Source of the DNA: an uncultured Planctomycetota bacterium
GTDB lineage: Bacteria; Planctomycetota; Planctomycetia; Isosphaerales; Isosphaeraceae
NCBI GenBank assembly: GCA_963737655.1
Contig: CAVTTN010000002.1
Span: 4,544,001-4,608,000 of the forward strand
Direction of reading: 5' to 3'
Length of the DNA stretch: 64,000 nucleotides
Below are positions 18,669-28,275 of the stretch, in pieces. Position 1 is the first letter of the stretch; every line of letters starts with the position of its first letter. The position numbers and the translations under genes are program-made. The notes beneath the pieces are model-generated. The model did not search any database. It saw only the letters and a program-made list of their open reading frames with translations, and was not told the origin of the DNA.

Positions 18669-19949
18669 TCACCCCGGGGCATCCCCTCCCGGCAAGGGGC
18701 GAGCCGGGACGCCCACCACCGTCTCGCCGGGCGCGACGTCGTGCCCCTTCGTCACGACCGCCCCCGCACCCACGGTGGCCCCGTCCCCCACCTTCACCGG
18801 GGCGATCAGGATCGAGCCGGCGCCGATCATGGTCCCGGCGCCGATCTCCGTCCGGCCCTTGGTCTTGCCGTTGAAATTCGCGGTGATCGCCCCGGCCGAG
18901 ACGTTCGCCCGGGGGCCGACCGTGGCGTCTCCCAGGTAGGCGAGGTGCCTCGCCAGGGCCCCGTCGGCCAGCTCCGATCGGACGACCTCCACGAAGGCGC
19001 CCACCTCCACGCCGTCGCCCAGGACGGTGCCGTCTCGCAGGTGGGCGAACGGCCCGATCCGGCACCCTCGGCCGATCTTGACCGTGCCGGTGATCACGCT
19101 GAACGGGAAAATGACGGTGTCCGGGCCGATCTCCGCCCGGCCGTCGATGTAGGTGCTCCTCGGGTCCACCACGCTCACGCCGTCGGTCATCAGGCGGTCG
19201 GCGATCCGATTTTGCATGAGCCCGTGGGCCTGCGAAAGGTGCTGTCGCGTATTCACTCCCAAAATATCCTCGGGCGAGAGGACCGGCAGCGCGAGCACCT
19301 TCCGATGCATCTCCTGGAGGATCGCCGGGGCGTCGGTCAGGTAGTACTCGCCCTGGGCGTTGCCGGTGGTCAGGCGGTCGAGGGCTTCCCAGAGGCCGGG
19401 GAGTTCGAAGACGTAGCAGCTCGGGTTGACCTCGGTGATCGCCGCTTCCTCGGGCGTGCAGTCGCGCTGCTCGACGATCCGGAGGAACCGGCCGGCGGAA
19501 TCCCGCAAGATCCGGCCGAAGCCGGTCGGGTCGGGGACGATGGCCGTCCCCAGGAGGCACGCGGCCCCTTCGGATCGCTGGCGGTCGAGCAGGTCGGCCA
19601 GGGGCTCGGGGCGGATCAGCGGCTCGTCCCCCACGAGGACGAACGCCGGGCCCGAGTAGTCGCCGAGGACCGGCTTGCACGCGCGGACTGCGTCCCCGGT
19701 GCCGAGCTGCTGCTCCTGGACGGCGAACAGGACGTCGGGCTCGTTCGCCAGGGCGGTGCGGACCTGGTCGGCCCCGGCGCCGACGACCACGACGATCGTC
19801 CTGGCCCCGGCGCCGCGGACGGCCTCGACGACGTAGGAGATCATCGGCCGCCCGCAGACCTCGTGGAGGACTTTCGCCTTCCCCGACCTCATCCGCTTGC
19901 CATGCCCGGCCGCCAGGAGGATCGCCACCGGTCCATCCATCGATCGCAT
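18669..19949 (-). CDS. glmU: Bifunctional UDP-GlcNAc pyrophosphorylase / GlcN-1-P acetyltransferase
   Basis: LAAGHGKRMRS..KVLH, QLGTG, GRILR, EYYLTD, GVNTR, hexapeptide repeats, HLAYLGDA. Confidence 0.92.
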   Translation of the reverse strand: MRSMDGPVAILLAAGHGKRMRSGKAKVLHEVCGRPMISYVVEAVRGAGARTIVVVVGAGADQVRTALANEPDVLFAVQEQQLGTGDAVRACKPVLGDYSGPAFVLVGDEPLIRPEPLADLLDRQRSEGAACLLGTAIVPDPTGFGRILRDSAGRFLRIVEQRDCTPEEAAITEVNPSCYVFELPGLWEALDRLTTGNAQGEYYLTDAPAILQEMHRKVLALPVLSPEDILGVNTRQHLSQAHGLMQNRIADRLMTDGVSVVDPRSTYIDGRAEIGPDTVIFPFSVITGTVKIGRGCRIGPFAHLRDGTVLGDGVEVGAFVEVVRSELADGALARHLAYLGDATVGPRANVSAGAITANFNGKTKGRTEIGAGTMIGAGSILIAPVKVGDGATVGAGAVVTKGHDVAPGETVVGVPARPLPGGDAPG

Positions 19950-20046
19950 GCCCCGTCCGGCCAGGTTGAGGAGGAAGCCAGGTCGCGGAGATCATAGACG
20001 GACGGCCCGGGGCCGTCAAATCGGGGGCGGACCGGCGGCCTCGGAA

Positions 20047-20142
20047 CTCACCACGAAGCCACGAAGGGCACGAAGGCAGGCACAAAGCACGCGATCGTCT
20101 TCTTTGTGCCTGCCTTCGTGCCCTTCGTGGCTTCGTGGTGAG
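20047..20142. repeat. Long inverted repeat built from 9-nt CACGAAG units
   Basis: CTCACCACGAAGCCACGAAGGGCACGAAGGCAGGCACAAAG and its exact reverse complement, between divergent glmU and gatC. Confidence 0.85.
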
Positions 20143-20281
20143 ATCAGGCGACCGGCCGGCTCCGGGCAACCGGCATCGCGAACCTTGAACCGGAGCCGCG
20201 CATCTGGCAGGATGGCGGGCCCGAGCCGAGGGCGGATTCGCCCCTCGGACCGTCTCCCGACAGGAAGAGGCCCGGTCGCCG

Positions 20282-20569
20282 ATGTCGCTATCGTCCGAGG
20301 ACGTCGCCAAGGTCGCCCTGCTCGCCCGGTTGCGGCTCTCCGCCGAGGAGCTCGCCACTTTCACCGGCCAGCTCAACTCGATCGTCGAGTTCGTCGATCA
20401 GCTCCAGAAACTCGACACGAAGGACGTGGAGCCCCTGGCCCACGGCGTCGAGGTCCGCAACGTCTTCCGCGAGGACGTCCGCGGCGAGTCCCTGCCCCGG
20501 GCCGACGCTCTGGCCAATGCCCCGAAGCGGAACTCCGAGAGCTTCCTCGTCCCGGCCGTCCTCGAATGA
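20282..20569 (+). CDS. gatC: Asp/Glu-tRNA amidotransferase subunit C
   Basis: DVAKVALLARL, REDV, LANAP, FLVPAVLE. Confidence 0.96.
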   Translation: MSLSSEDVAKVALLARLRLSAEELATFTGQLNSIVEFVDQLQKLDTKDVEPLAHGVEVRNVFREDVRGESLPRADALANAPKRNSESFLVPAVLE

Positions 20570-20621
20570 GCGCCGAGCCCGCCCATTTCCTCCCCCTCGA
20601 TCCCCGAAGACCGGCCCTCTC

Positions 20622-22118
20622 ATGATCGACCCGACCGTCTCGACCGCCGTGAGCCTCCTCGCCGCGATGAACCGGGGCGACGTCTCGGCCGAGGAGGTCG
20701 CGCGAGCCTACCTCGATCGCGCCGAGAAGCTCAATCCCGGCCTGAACGTCTTCCTCCACCGGGACGCCGACAAGGCCCTCGACGAGGCGCGGGCCGTCGA
20801 TGCCAAACGCCGGAGCGGCCAGCCGTTGGGGAAGCTGGCGGGCGTCCCGATCGCGATCAAGGACGTCCTCTGCACCCGAGGCGAGCCGACCACCTGCGGG
20901 AGCCGGATGCTCCGCACGTTTCGCCCTCCGTATGACGCGACGGTCATCGCCAAGCTCCGGGCCGAGGACGCCGTGATCGTCGGCAAGACGAACATGGACG
21001 AGTTCGCGATGGGCTCCTCCACGGAGAACAGCGCGTTCGGCCCCACGCCGCAACCCGTGGGACCCGTCTCGAATCCCCGGGGCTCCTCGGGCGGCTCGGC
21101 GGCGGCCGTGGCGGCGGACCTCGCGCCGATCTCTCTCGGGTCGGACACCGGCGGCTCGATCCGCCAGCCGGCGGCCCTCTGCGGGATCACCGGCCTGAAG
21201 CCGACGTATGGCCGGGTCAGCCGGTACGGCCTGATCGCCTTCGCCAGCTCGCTCGACCAGGTCGGCCCGTTCTCGCACGACCTGGCCGACACCGCCCTGT
21301 TGCTCGGGGCGATCGCCGGCCGGGACCCGGCCGACAGCACGAGCGTCGATCGGCCGGTGCCGGACTACCTCGCGACCCTCGATCAGCCCTTGCCGAAGCT
21401 CCGGGTCGGCCTCGTCCGCGAGTTCTCCGGCGAGGGCGTCGACCCGGAGATCGCCTCGGCGATCGACGAGGCCGTGAACGTGTTCAAGAAGGCAGGTGCC
21501 GAGATCAGGGAGGTCTCGCTGCCTCATTCGTCGTATGGAATCCCCGCCTATTACATCGTGGCCCCGGCGGAGTGCTCCAGCAATCTCGCCCGGTACGACG
21601 GCACGATCTTCGGCCACCGCGCCGAGGACTTCTCGCCCGCGACCCCCGAGGAAGCCGAGATCCCGCCGTTGATCCGGATGATGATGGCCAGCCGGGCCGA
21701 GGGGTTCGGCGCCGAGGTGAAGCGGAGGATCATGCTCGGGACGTTCGCGCTGTCCTCCGGCTACGCGGACCAGTATTATAACCAGGCGCTGAAGGTCCGC
21801 CGCCTGATCCGCAACGACTTCGACCGGGCGTTCGCCGAGGTGGACGTGATCCTCGGCCCGACCACGCCGACCGCCGCGTTCCGCCTCGGGGAGAAGACGT
21901 CCGACCCGTTGGCGATGTACCTCTCGGACATCTTCACCATCACCACCAACCTCGCCGGAATCCCCGGGATTAGCGTGCCCTGCGGCCTCACGAAATCGGG
22001 CCTGCCCATCGGCATGCAGATGCTCGCCCCGGCCTTCGCCGAGGAGACCCTGCTGAGGGCCGCCCGGGCGTTCGAACGAGAGACCGACTGGCACGCCCGA
22101 AGGCCGGGGATCGGCTGA
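20622..22118 (+). CDS. gatA: Asp/Glu-tRNA amidotransferase subunit A
   Basis: IAIKD, GKTNMDEFAMGSSTENS, GSSGGS, GSDTGGSIRQPA, EVKRRIMLGT; local compensating indels at 21048-21082. Confidence 0.96.
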   Translation: MIDPTVSTAVSLLAAMNRGDVSAEEVARAYLDRAEKLNPGLNVFLHRDADKALDEARAVDAKRRSGQPLGKLAGVPIAIKDVLCTRGEPTTCGSRMLRTFRPPYDATVIAKLRAEDAVIVGKTNMDEFAMGSSTENSAFGPTPQPVGPVSNPRGSSGGSAAAVAADLAPISLGSDTGGSIRQPAALCGITGLKPTYGRVSRYGLIAFASSLDQVGPFSHDLADTALLLGAIAGRDPADSTSVDRPVPDYLATLDQPLPKLRVGLVREFSGEGVDPEIASAIDEAVNVFKKAGAEIREVSLPHSSYGIPAYYIVAPAECSSNLARYDGTIFGHRAEDFSPATPEEAEIPPLIRMMMASRAEGFGAEVKRRIMLGTFALSSGYADQYYNQALKVRRLIRNDFDRAFAEVDVILGPTTPTAAFRLGEKTSDPLAMYLSDIFTITTNLAGIPGISVPCGLTKSGLPIGMQMLAPAFAEETLLRAARAFERETDWHARRPGIG

Positions 22119-22562
22119 TGGCGGCCAGCCGGAGCTACCTCCCGGGCGCGGGCGCTCCTCGACCTGGAACGGGCGGCCGAGGAACGCCTGACGGATTCGC
22201 AGGCCCTGCTCGCCGCGGGCCGCCACGCCGCCTCGATCGCGATGGGGATCTATGCCCTGGAGATCACCTTGAAAGTGGCCATCTGCCGGAGGTTGGACCT
22301 GCCCGCGTTGCCCAGGCCGTTCGAGATCCACGACCTCGAATCCCTGGGCGTCGCCGCCGGGCTCCCCCGGCGGATCCTCGCGGTCACGCGTCCCCGGGCG
22401 GTCCCGCAGAACTCGCAGGAACTGGTCACCGTTTCGAGGGATGTCGATCGGTTTCGCTACGCCATCGACCCGAGTTGGGATCGGGCCCTGGCCGAGGACC
22501 TCCGCGATCGGCTGATCGCCAGGCCGGGAGGGGTGATCTTATGGCTCCGGAAGAAGAAGTGA
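22118..22562 (+). CDS. HEPN domain protein (probable 1-nt indel just after the ATG)
   Basis: Frame of the 22242 ORF extends upstream as AEERLTDSQALLAAGRH...GIYALEITLK...HDLESL...RY, the typical HEPN pattern; ATG at 22118 overlaps the gatA stop but is off-frame. Confidence 0.75.
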
Positions 22563-22972
22563 AGGATGCCGTCGTCGCCCTCGCCAGGGCCCTCCGGAAG
22601 TTCGCCAAGGCGCGTTCCTGGCCCCCCGGCGACATGCGCATCCTGATCACCGTGAACATGAAGTGGGATCTTTTTCATGTTTTCTTGATCGGCGACCGGT
22701 TCGAGACCGGCGACCCCCCCGCCGATCAGGACCTCTACGACGACATCGGCGACTTCCTCGACGAGGAGCTGAAGGACGACCTCCCCCTCCGCCGATCGAC
22801 CGGCTTCCTGACCAAGTCGCCGGCCGAATGGCGGCGACGGGGCGGCCTGCACCTCGGCCCCGACGATCTCCTGATCGATGAGGCGGACCTCGCCCGATGG
22901 GTCGAGGCCGCCCCCGAAACCGATCCCGAACACGAACACGAAACCGAACCGTCCCGACCGCATGCCGGCTGA
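22541..22972 (+). CDS. Small acidic hypothetical protein, candidate HEPN partner
   Basis: GGGAGGGG RBS then MAPEEEVK; overlaps the HEPN 3' end; HVFLIGDRFE. Confidence 0.7.
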   Translation: MAPEEEVKDAVVALARALRKFAKARSWPPGDMRILITVNMKWDLFHVFLIGDRFETGDPPADQDLYDDIGDFLDEELKDDLPLRRSTGFLTKSPAEWRRRGGLHLGPDDLLIDEADLARWVEAAPETDPEHEHETEPSRPHAG

Positions 22973-22990
22973 GGGGGAGTGGATCTCGCG

Positions 22991-24466
22991 ATGGATTACA
23001 CGATCGTCATCGGCCTGGAAGTCCACGTGCAACTGCTGACCGAGAGCAAGATGTTCTCGTCGTGCGGGACCGACTTCGGCCTCCCGCCGAACACGCAAAC
23101 CGACCCGGTCTCGCTCGGCCTGCCGGGGACGCTCCCCGTGATGAACGCGAAGGCGTTCGAGCTGGCCCTGAAGACCGCCGTGGCGCTCGGGGCCGAGATC
23201 GCCCCGTTCACCAAGTGGGACCGGAAGAACTATTACTATCCCGACCTGCCCAAGAACTATCAGATCAGCCAGTATGACCTGCCGTTCAGCCGAGGGGGCC
23301 ACCTCGCCGTGCCCGTCCTGAAGGACGGCTCCGGAGGCGGGACGTGCCGGCTGACCCGCGTCCACCTCGAAGAGGACACCGGCAAGCTCACCCACGGCGC
23401 CGGGGCGTTCTCCGAGGTCGACCTGAATCGCGCCGGCATCCCCTTGCTGGAGATCGTGACCGACCCCGACCTCCGAACCCCGGCCGAGGCCAAGGCGTGC
23501 CTGGAGGAATTGCGGCTGACGCTCCGCTACCTCGGCGTCTCCGACTGCGAGATGCAGGAAGGCTCGCTCCGGTGCGATGCCAACGTGAACATCCACATCC
23601 CCCACGACGGCGGCACGGTCGCCACGCCGATCGTGGAAATCAAGAACCTCAACAGCTTCCGATCGGTCGAGCGCGCCCTGCAATATGAGGCGGAACGCCA
23701 ATTCGACAAGTGGAAACGCGACGGCCTGACGATCAAGGACGCGCCCAAGGAGACCCGGGGCTGGAACGACGCCGACGGCTCGACCCGCCCTCAGAGGCAG
23801 AAGGAGACGGCCGCCGACTACCGCTATTTCCCCGAGCCCGACCTGGTACCGGTGGTCGTGGAGGAGGCGTGGGTCGAGCGGGTCCGGGCGTCGATCGGCG
23901 AGCTTCCGGGGGCGCGGCGGACCCGGTTCGAGGCCGAGTACGGGCTTTCGCCGTATGACGCCAACGTGCTGGTCGAGCAGGGCCAGGAGGTCGCCGACTA
24001 CTTCGACGCCGTGGCCCGCGCCACCGGCGAGGCGAAGCTGGCGAGCAACTGGGTCCAGCAGGACGTCCTCCGCGTGGCCAAGGAGCGCAAGGTCTCGCTG
24101 GCCGAGTTCCCCGTCGGCCCGGACGCGCTGGCGGACCTGATCCATCGGGTCAAGCGCAAGGAATTGAACACGAACCAGGGGCGCGAGGTCCTGGCGAAGG
24201 CGATCGAGACCGGCGGGCCGATCGAGGAGATCGTCCAGGCCGGCGGCTACGGGATGGTCAGCGACAAGGACGCGATCCTCGCCGCCGTCGAGGCCGCCCT
24301 GGCCGCGAACCCCAAGGCCCTGGACGACCTGAAGGGCGGCAAGAAGAAGCCCGACGCCGTGAAGGGCTTCCTCCGCGGCCAGGTCATGAAGCAGACCGGG
24401 GGCAAGGCCGACCCGGCGCTGGTCGGCGAGGTCCTCGACGCGAAGCTCGCCGAGCTGGCTTCCTGA
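22991..24466 (+). CDS. gatB: Asp/Glu-tRNA amidotransferase subunit B
   Basis: IGLEVHVQL, RKNYYYPDLPKNYQISQ, HLEEDTGK, DLNRAG, GSLRCDAN, DYRYFPEPDL. Confidence 0.97.
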   Translation: MDYTIVIGLEVHVQLLTESKMFSSCGTDFGLPPNTQTDPVSLGLPGTLPVMNAKAFELALKTAVALGAEIAPFTKWDRKNYYYPDLPKNYQISQYDLPFSRGGHLAVPVLKDGSGGGTCRLTRVHLEEDTGKLTHGAGAFSEVDLNRAGIPLLEIVTDPDLRTPAEAKACLEELRLTLRYLGVSDCEMQEGSLRCDANVNIHIPHDGGTVATPIVEIKNLNSFRSVERALQYEAERQFDKWKRDGLTIKDAPKETRGWNDADGSTRPQRQKETAADYRYFPEPDLVPVVVEEAWVERVRASIGELPGARRTRFEAEYGLSPYDANVLVEQGQEVADYFDAVARATGEAKLASNWVQQDVLRVAKERKVSLAEFPVGPDALADLIHRVKRKELNTNQGREVLAKAIETGGPIEEIVQAGGYGMVSDKDAILAAVEAALAANPKALDDLKGGKKKPDAVKGFLRGQVMKQTGGKADPALVGEVLDAKLAELAS

Positions 24467-24489
24467 ATTCGACTCATCGAGGTCCTTCC

Positions 24490-25353
24490 ATGCAACCGAT
24501 CGACCGCCGCCAGTTCCTCGCCGCCTCGGCCGCCTCCCTCGGGGCCGCCCCCGCCCTGGGACGGGCCGACGACCCGAAGTCGATGCCGTGGAAGAAGGCG
24601 TTCATGCTCGGCCAGTCGAAGGGGCCGATCCTGCCCACCTTCCGGCTGCTGAAGGAGGCCGGGTTCGAGGGCGTCGAGCTCGTCAGCCCGAACTCGCTCG
24701 ACCGCGACGAGGTGATCAAGGCCCGCGACGAGACGGGCTTGACCATCCACGGGGTCTCCGGCTCGGTCCACTGGTCGGCCCCGCTCTCCAGCCCCGACCC
24801 GAAGGTCGTGGCCCGGGGGATGGACGCGATCCTCCAGGAATTCGAGGACGTGAAGGCGTATGGAGGCACCACGGTCCTCGTCGTCCCGGCCGTCGTGAAC
24901 AAGGAGGTCTCGCATCGCGATGCTTACAATCGCTCGCAAGACAATCTTCGCAAGTTGATCCCCAAGGCGGAGGCCGTGGGCGTCAAGATCGCGATCGAGG
25001 AGGTCTGGAACAAGTTCCTTTTGAGCGCCCCGGAGTTCTCCCGGTACATCGACGAGTTCGGGACCGACGCCGTCGGCGCCTACTTCGACGTGGGCAACGT
25101 CGTCGAGTACGGATATCCGCAAGAGTGGATTCGCGAGCTGGGCCGGCGCATCCTCAAAATTCACATCAAGGAATACGCCAAGCCGAAGCGGTTCGACTAC
25201 AAGCTCGGCGAGGGGGAGATCGACTGGAAGGCGGTCCGCGAGGCCCTGGTCTCGGTGGGATACCGCGGCTGGATCACGGCCGAGGTCGGCCTGGGCGACC
25301 TGGACGCGATGAAGGACGTGGTCCGGCGGATGGACTCGATCCTGGGCGTCTAG
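24490..25353 (+). CDS. Tat-exported sugar phosphate isomerase/epimerase (AP endonuclease 2 barrel)
   Basis: DRRQFLA Tat motif; IEEVWNKFL, YFDVGN, IHIKEY. Confidence 0.88.
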   Translation: MQPIDRRQFLAASAASLGAAPALGRADDPKSMPWKKAFMLGQSKGPILPTFRLLKEAGFEGVELVSPNSLDRDEVIKARDETGLTIHGVSGSVHWSAPLSSPDPKVVARGMDAILQEFEDVKAYGGTTVLVVPAVVNKEVSHRDAYNRSQDNLRKLIPKAEAVGVKIAIEEVWNKFLLSAPEFSRYIDEFGTDAVGAYFDVGNVVEYGYPQEWIRELGRRILKIHIKEYAKPKRFDYKLGEGEIDWKAVREALVSVGYRGWITAEVGLGDLDAMKDVVRRMDSILGV

Positions 25354-26671
25354 GATCGTCGATTTGGTAACTTCCCGAGCTCATGCCCCGCTCGGGACGG
25401 CCCTGTAATTCCACTTCGGCAGGATCTCGTCGAACTCGATCTTCATGTTCTGCTTGAATCCCTCCGCATACTTCCGCCCCGTCTGGTAGATCTTGTCCAG
25501 GATGTCCACCGTCACCCGCAACCCCGTGCTCGTACTCGCCTTCTCCATCAACTCCTTCACCAACTCCACGCTCTCGAAGATCACACCCTGGCACGCTCGG
25601 CTCAGGTGCGGGAACAGTCGATGCTCGATCGGGTTGTACTTCGAGCAGTAGGGCGGGTAGTGGGCCACTCGGATCTCGATCCCCAGGCGATCCACCAGCT
25701 TCTGCAGGTCCTCCTTGAAGAGGTATTGGCTGGCGCTGTTGCTGCCGCCGCCGTCGCACAGCAGGAGGATCGAGGTCGCACCAGGGTAGAGGGCCTGACC
25801 CTTCCCCCGCCACCATCGCTCGATGCTCTCGCAGGCGAACTCGCCGGTGTCGTGGCTGGTCCCCAGGTTCACATGACCGTCGTTGTGTTTCACGTCGTAC
25901 AACCCGTGCGGGATGACCACGCCCGCGGCGAAGCTGGGGAAGTCATGGTCGAACACCTTGATGATCTCCCGTGTCAGGAGGTGCCCGGCACGGTAGAAGT
26001 CGCCGATCAGCTCCTTCTTCTTGGTGTCCATGCTCACGACGGGATTGCCCGACCCGAGATATTCCCGCTTCAGCCGGGCGATGTTCTCGAACTGCTGGTT
26101 GCGATCGGGGTGCCCGCCCATCGCCTTGGCTTTCTGGGCCTTGCGGGTCACGTAGCCGTGCTTCTTGAGCAGTTGCTTGACCACCGGCACGCTGACCGGC
26201 GTGCCGGCCTCGGCCAAGTGGCCGGCGATTTGTTCATAGGTCAAGTCGGTCCACCGGACTTCCCGCCGCATGGGGTCGCCCGCCGTGTGATCCTGGAGTA
26301 CCCGGAGGAAGTTCTCCTCCAGCAGCGGGATGTTGCCTATGCACGGCTTCGGCCCGCCCCTTTTTTACGGATCCGGTCGTCGAGCCCGTCGGGGAGTCGA
26401 GCCAGGTCTTCTTTGCCCTGGCGGATCGTCTTTGGGTCGCAGCCCAAGAGGTTGGAAATATACTCCGTTCCCCCATGCCCAAGCTTGGCGGCCTCGATCG
26501 CCGCATATCGCCTGCGATCCTTCTCCGAGAGTGAGGTATGGAACATCCGCATGGAATGCTCGATCTCGGGGCTGTAGGTCATAGCCGGGCGTCCGGTGCG
26601 AGGTCATGATTGTCCTGGCTACGGTTATACGATGCGGACGGCGAATCGGGAAGTTATCAAATTGGCGATCC
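25353..26671 (-). mobile_element. ISAzo13-family insertion sequence, 1319 bp, CTA target duplication
   Basis: Terminal IRs GGATCGTCGATTTGGTAACTTCCC and reverse-complemented GGATCGCCAATTTGATAACTTCCC (21/24 match); CTA at 25350-52 and 26672-74; lower GC. Confidence 0.92.
25381..26582 (-). CDS. ISAzo13-family DDE transposase split by a -1 frameshift at AAAAAAGGGG
   Basis: ORF1 LSEKDRRRYAA..A..LGHGG; ORF2 GDP..WT, SMDTKKKE, CDGGGSN, HYPPYCSKYNPIEHRLF, WNY. Confidence 0.93.
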
Positions 26672-28060
26672 CTAGTCCTCGCCATCCAGGGCCGAGAGGA
26701 CGAGGTCCCTCACGGCGGTCATGGCCAGGTCGCCCGCCGGGGCCGGGCCGTCGCCCAGGAGGATCGGCCGGTCGATCGGGTCGGCGGCGGGCAGGCCGTG
26801 GCTCCCCCGGATCAGGCCGGGATCGAGCGGGACCACGTCGAACAAGGTGCGGAAGCCCAGCTTCTTCTGGGCCAGGCGGCGGATCGCCCGGCCCATCGGC
26901 CACGCGAGCTTCGGGTCGAAGAGGAGCTCGCACGGGTCGTATCCCGGCTTGCGGTGGATGTCCACCGTCCGGGCGTAATCCGGGGCGGCCCGGTCGTCGA
27001 GCCAGAACGGATAGGCGAACCAGGCGTCGGGCGACGAGAGCGCCACGACCTCGCCCGCTCGCGGGTGATCCAGGCCGATCTCGCGGCGTTCCTCGCCCAC
27101 GAACAGCCGGCCGACCCCCGGCTCGGCGCCGAGGAGCTCGCGGACTCGCGGGATGTCGATCGCATCGCGCACGTAAATGTGGGCCAGTTGATGATCGCAG
27201 ACGGCGAACGCCCGGCTCGTGAACGGGTCGAAGATCTCGCCGAACGGCCCGGGTCGGACGCCCAGGAGCCCGGCGTTTCTCAGCAGGCGATTGGGCAGGA
27301 CGGCGCGGGTCACGTCGCCATGGCCGTACTCGCTGACGACCCACACGCGGGCCCCGATCGCCTTCGCGGCGTCGAGCAACGGGGCGCAGGCGTCGTCCAG
27401 CTCGCCGACGAGCTTTGGCATGTCGGAACCGGACGTGCCGAAGCGTTGGGGGTTATAGTCGAGATGGGGCAAGTACACGAGCGAAAGGTCGGGCCTCTCG
27501 TCCTTCAAGACCTCGGCCGCGCCCGAGGCGATCCATCGGGTGCAGGGCAGGCCGGCTTTCGGCCCCCAGAAGGTGGGAAACGGGAACTTGCCGATCCGTT
27601 GTTCGAGGCGATCGGTCAGGCCGTCGGGCGTCCCGGCGATGCCGAACGCCTTGTTGCCGTCGGCCCCGTAATAGGGCTTCGGCGTGACGCTCCACGCCAC
27701 GTCGGCCCCCTGGTTGAACCACCAGAACAGCTTGGCGGCGCGGAACGATCGGCCCCGCTCGGCCGCTCGTTTCTTCGCGGTCACGTACAGCGGCTCGGCG
27801 CCGATCAGGGCGTTGGACTGCTGCCAGAATCGCACCTCGCCGGTGTCCCGGAAGAACCAGCCGTTGCCGACCACGCCGTGGCCCTCGGGGGGCATGCCCG
27901 TGAGGATCGTGGCCTGGGCCGAGCACGTGACGGCCGGGACGATCTCACGCAACGGGCGGGACCAGCCCGATCCGGCGAGCGCCTTCAGCCGGGGCGCCAG
28001 CTCCAGGAGCCGCCCGGTCAGGCCGACGGCGTTGATCAGGACGAGCGGGGCCTGCGGCAT
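26672..28060 (-). CDS. Alkaline phosphatase-superfamily nucleotide pyrophosphatase/phosphodiesterase (EboF-like)
   Basis: PAVTCSAQAT..TG..P..HG.VGNGW, YLPHLDY, SEYG, DIHRKPGYDP, GSHG. Confidence 0.88.
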   Translation of the reverse strand: MPQAPLVLINAVGLTGRLLELAPRLKALAGSGWSRPLREIVPAVTCSAQATILTGMPPEGHGVVGNGWFFRDTGEVRFWQQSNALIGAEPLYVTAKKRAAERGRSFRAAKLFWWFNQGADVAWSVTPKPYYGADGNKAFGIAGTPDGLTDRLEQRIGKFPFPTFWGPKAGLPCTRWIASGAAEVLKDERPDLSLVYLPHLDYNPQRFGTSGSDMPKLVGELDDACAPLLDAAKAIGARVWVVSEYGHGDVTRAVLPNRLLRNAGLLGVRPGPFGEIFDPFTSRAFAVCDHQLAHIYVRDAIDIPRVRELLGAEPGVGRLFVGEERREIGLDHPRAGEVVALSSPDAWFAYPFWLDDRAAPDYARTVDIHRKPGYDPCELLFDPKLAWPMGRAIRRLAQKKLGFRTLFDVVPLDPGLIRGSHGLPAADPIDRPILLGDGPAPAGDLAMTAVRDLVLSALDGED

Positions 28061-28275
28061 GGTCCGAATCTCTCTCTCGACGCCTCGGGGATCGCGGGCG
28101 GAGTATTCTATCAGGAACGGGGCGCGGAAGGACCGGCCGTCGGCGGGTCGCCGGAGGGTGGAAATCCGGGGCGCCCGAGCGTTTTTTCTTCGGGACGGCG
28201 GCGATCGGCCCCGTAAGATCTTCGGGGGCGGCGCCGACGGACATTCCGGGGGCGACCGGCCCGGGGAGACGAGCC

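Noticed and set aside
20047..20142. Possible CRISPR or mini-array
   Set aside because: Repeats are 9-nt units forming one inverted repeat; no spacers and no cas genes
22928..22951. GAACAC/GAAACC short tandem repeat
   Set aside because: Simply encodes the low-complexity EHEHETEP tail
26672..28060. ebo gene cluster
   Set aside because: Only the EboF-like gene is present; the convergent TIM-barrel gene is Tat-exported and no other ebo genes are seen
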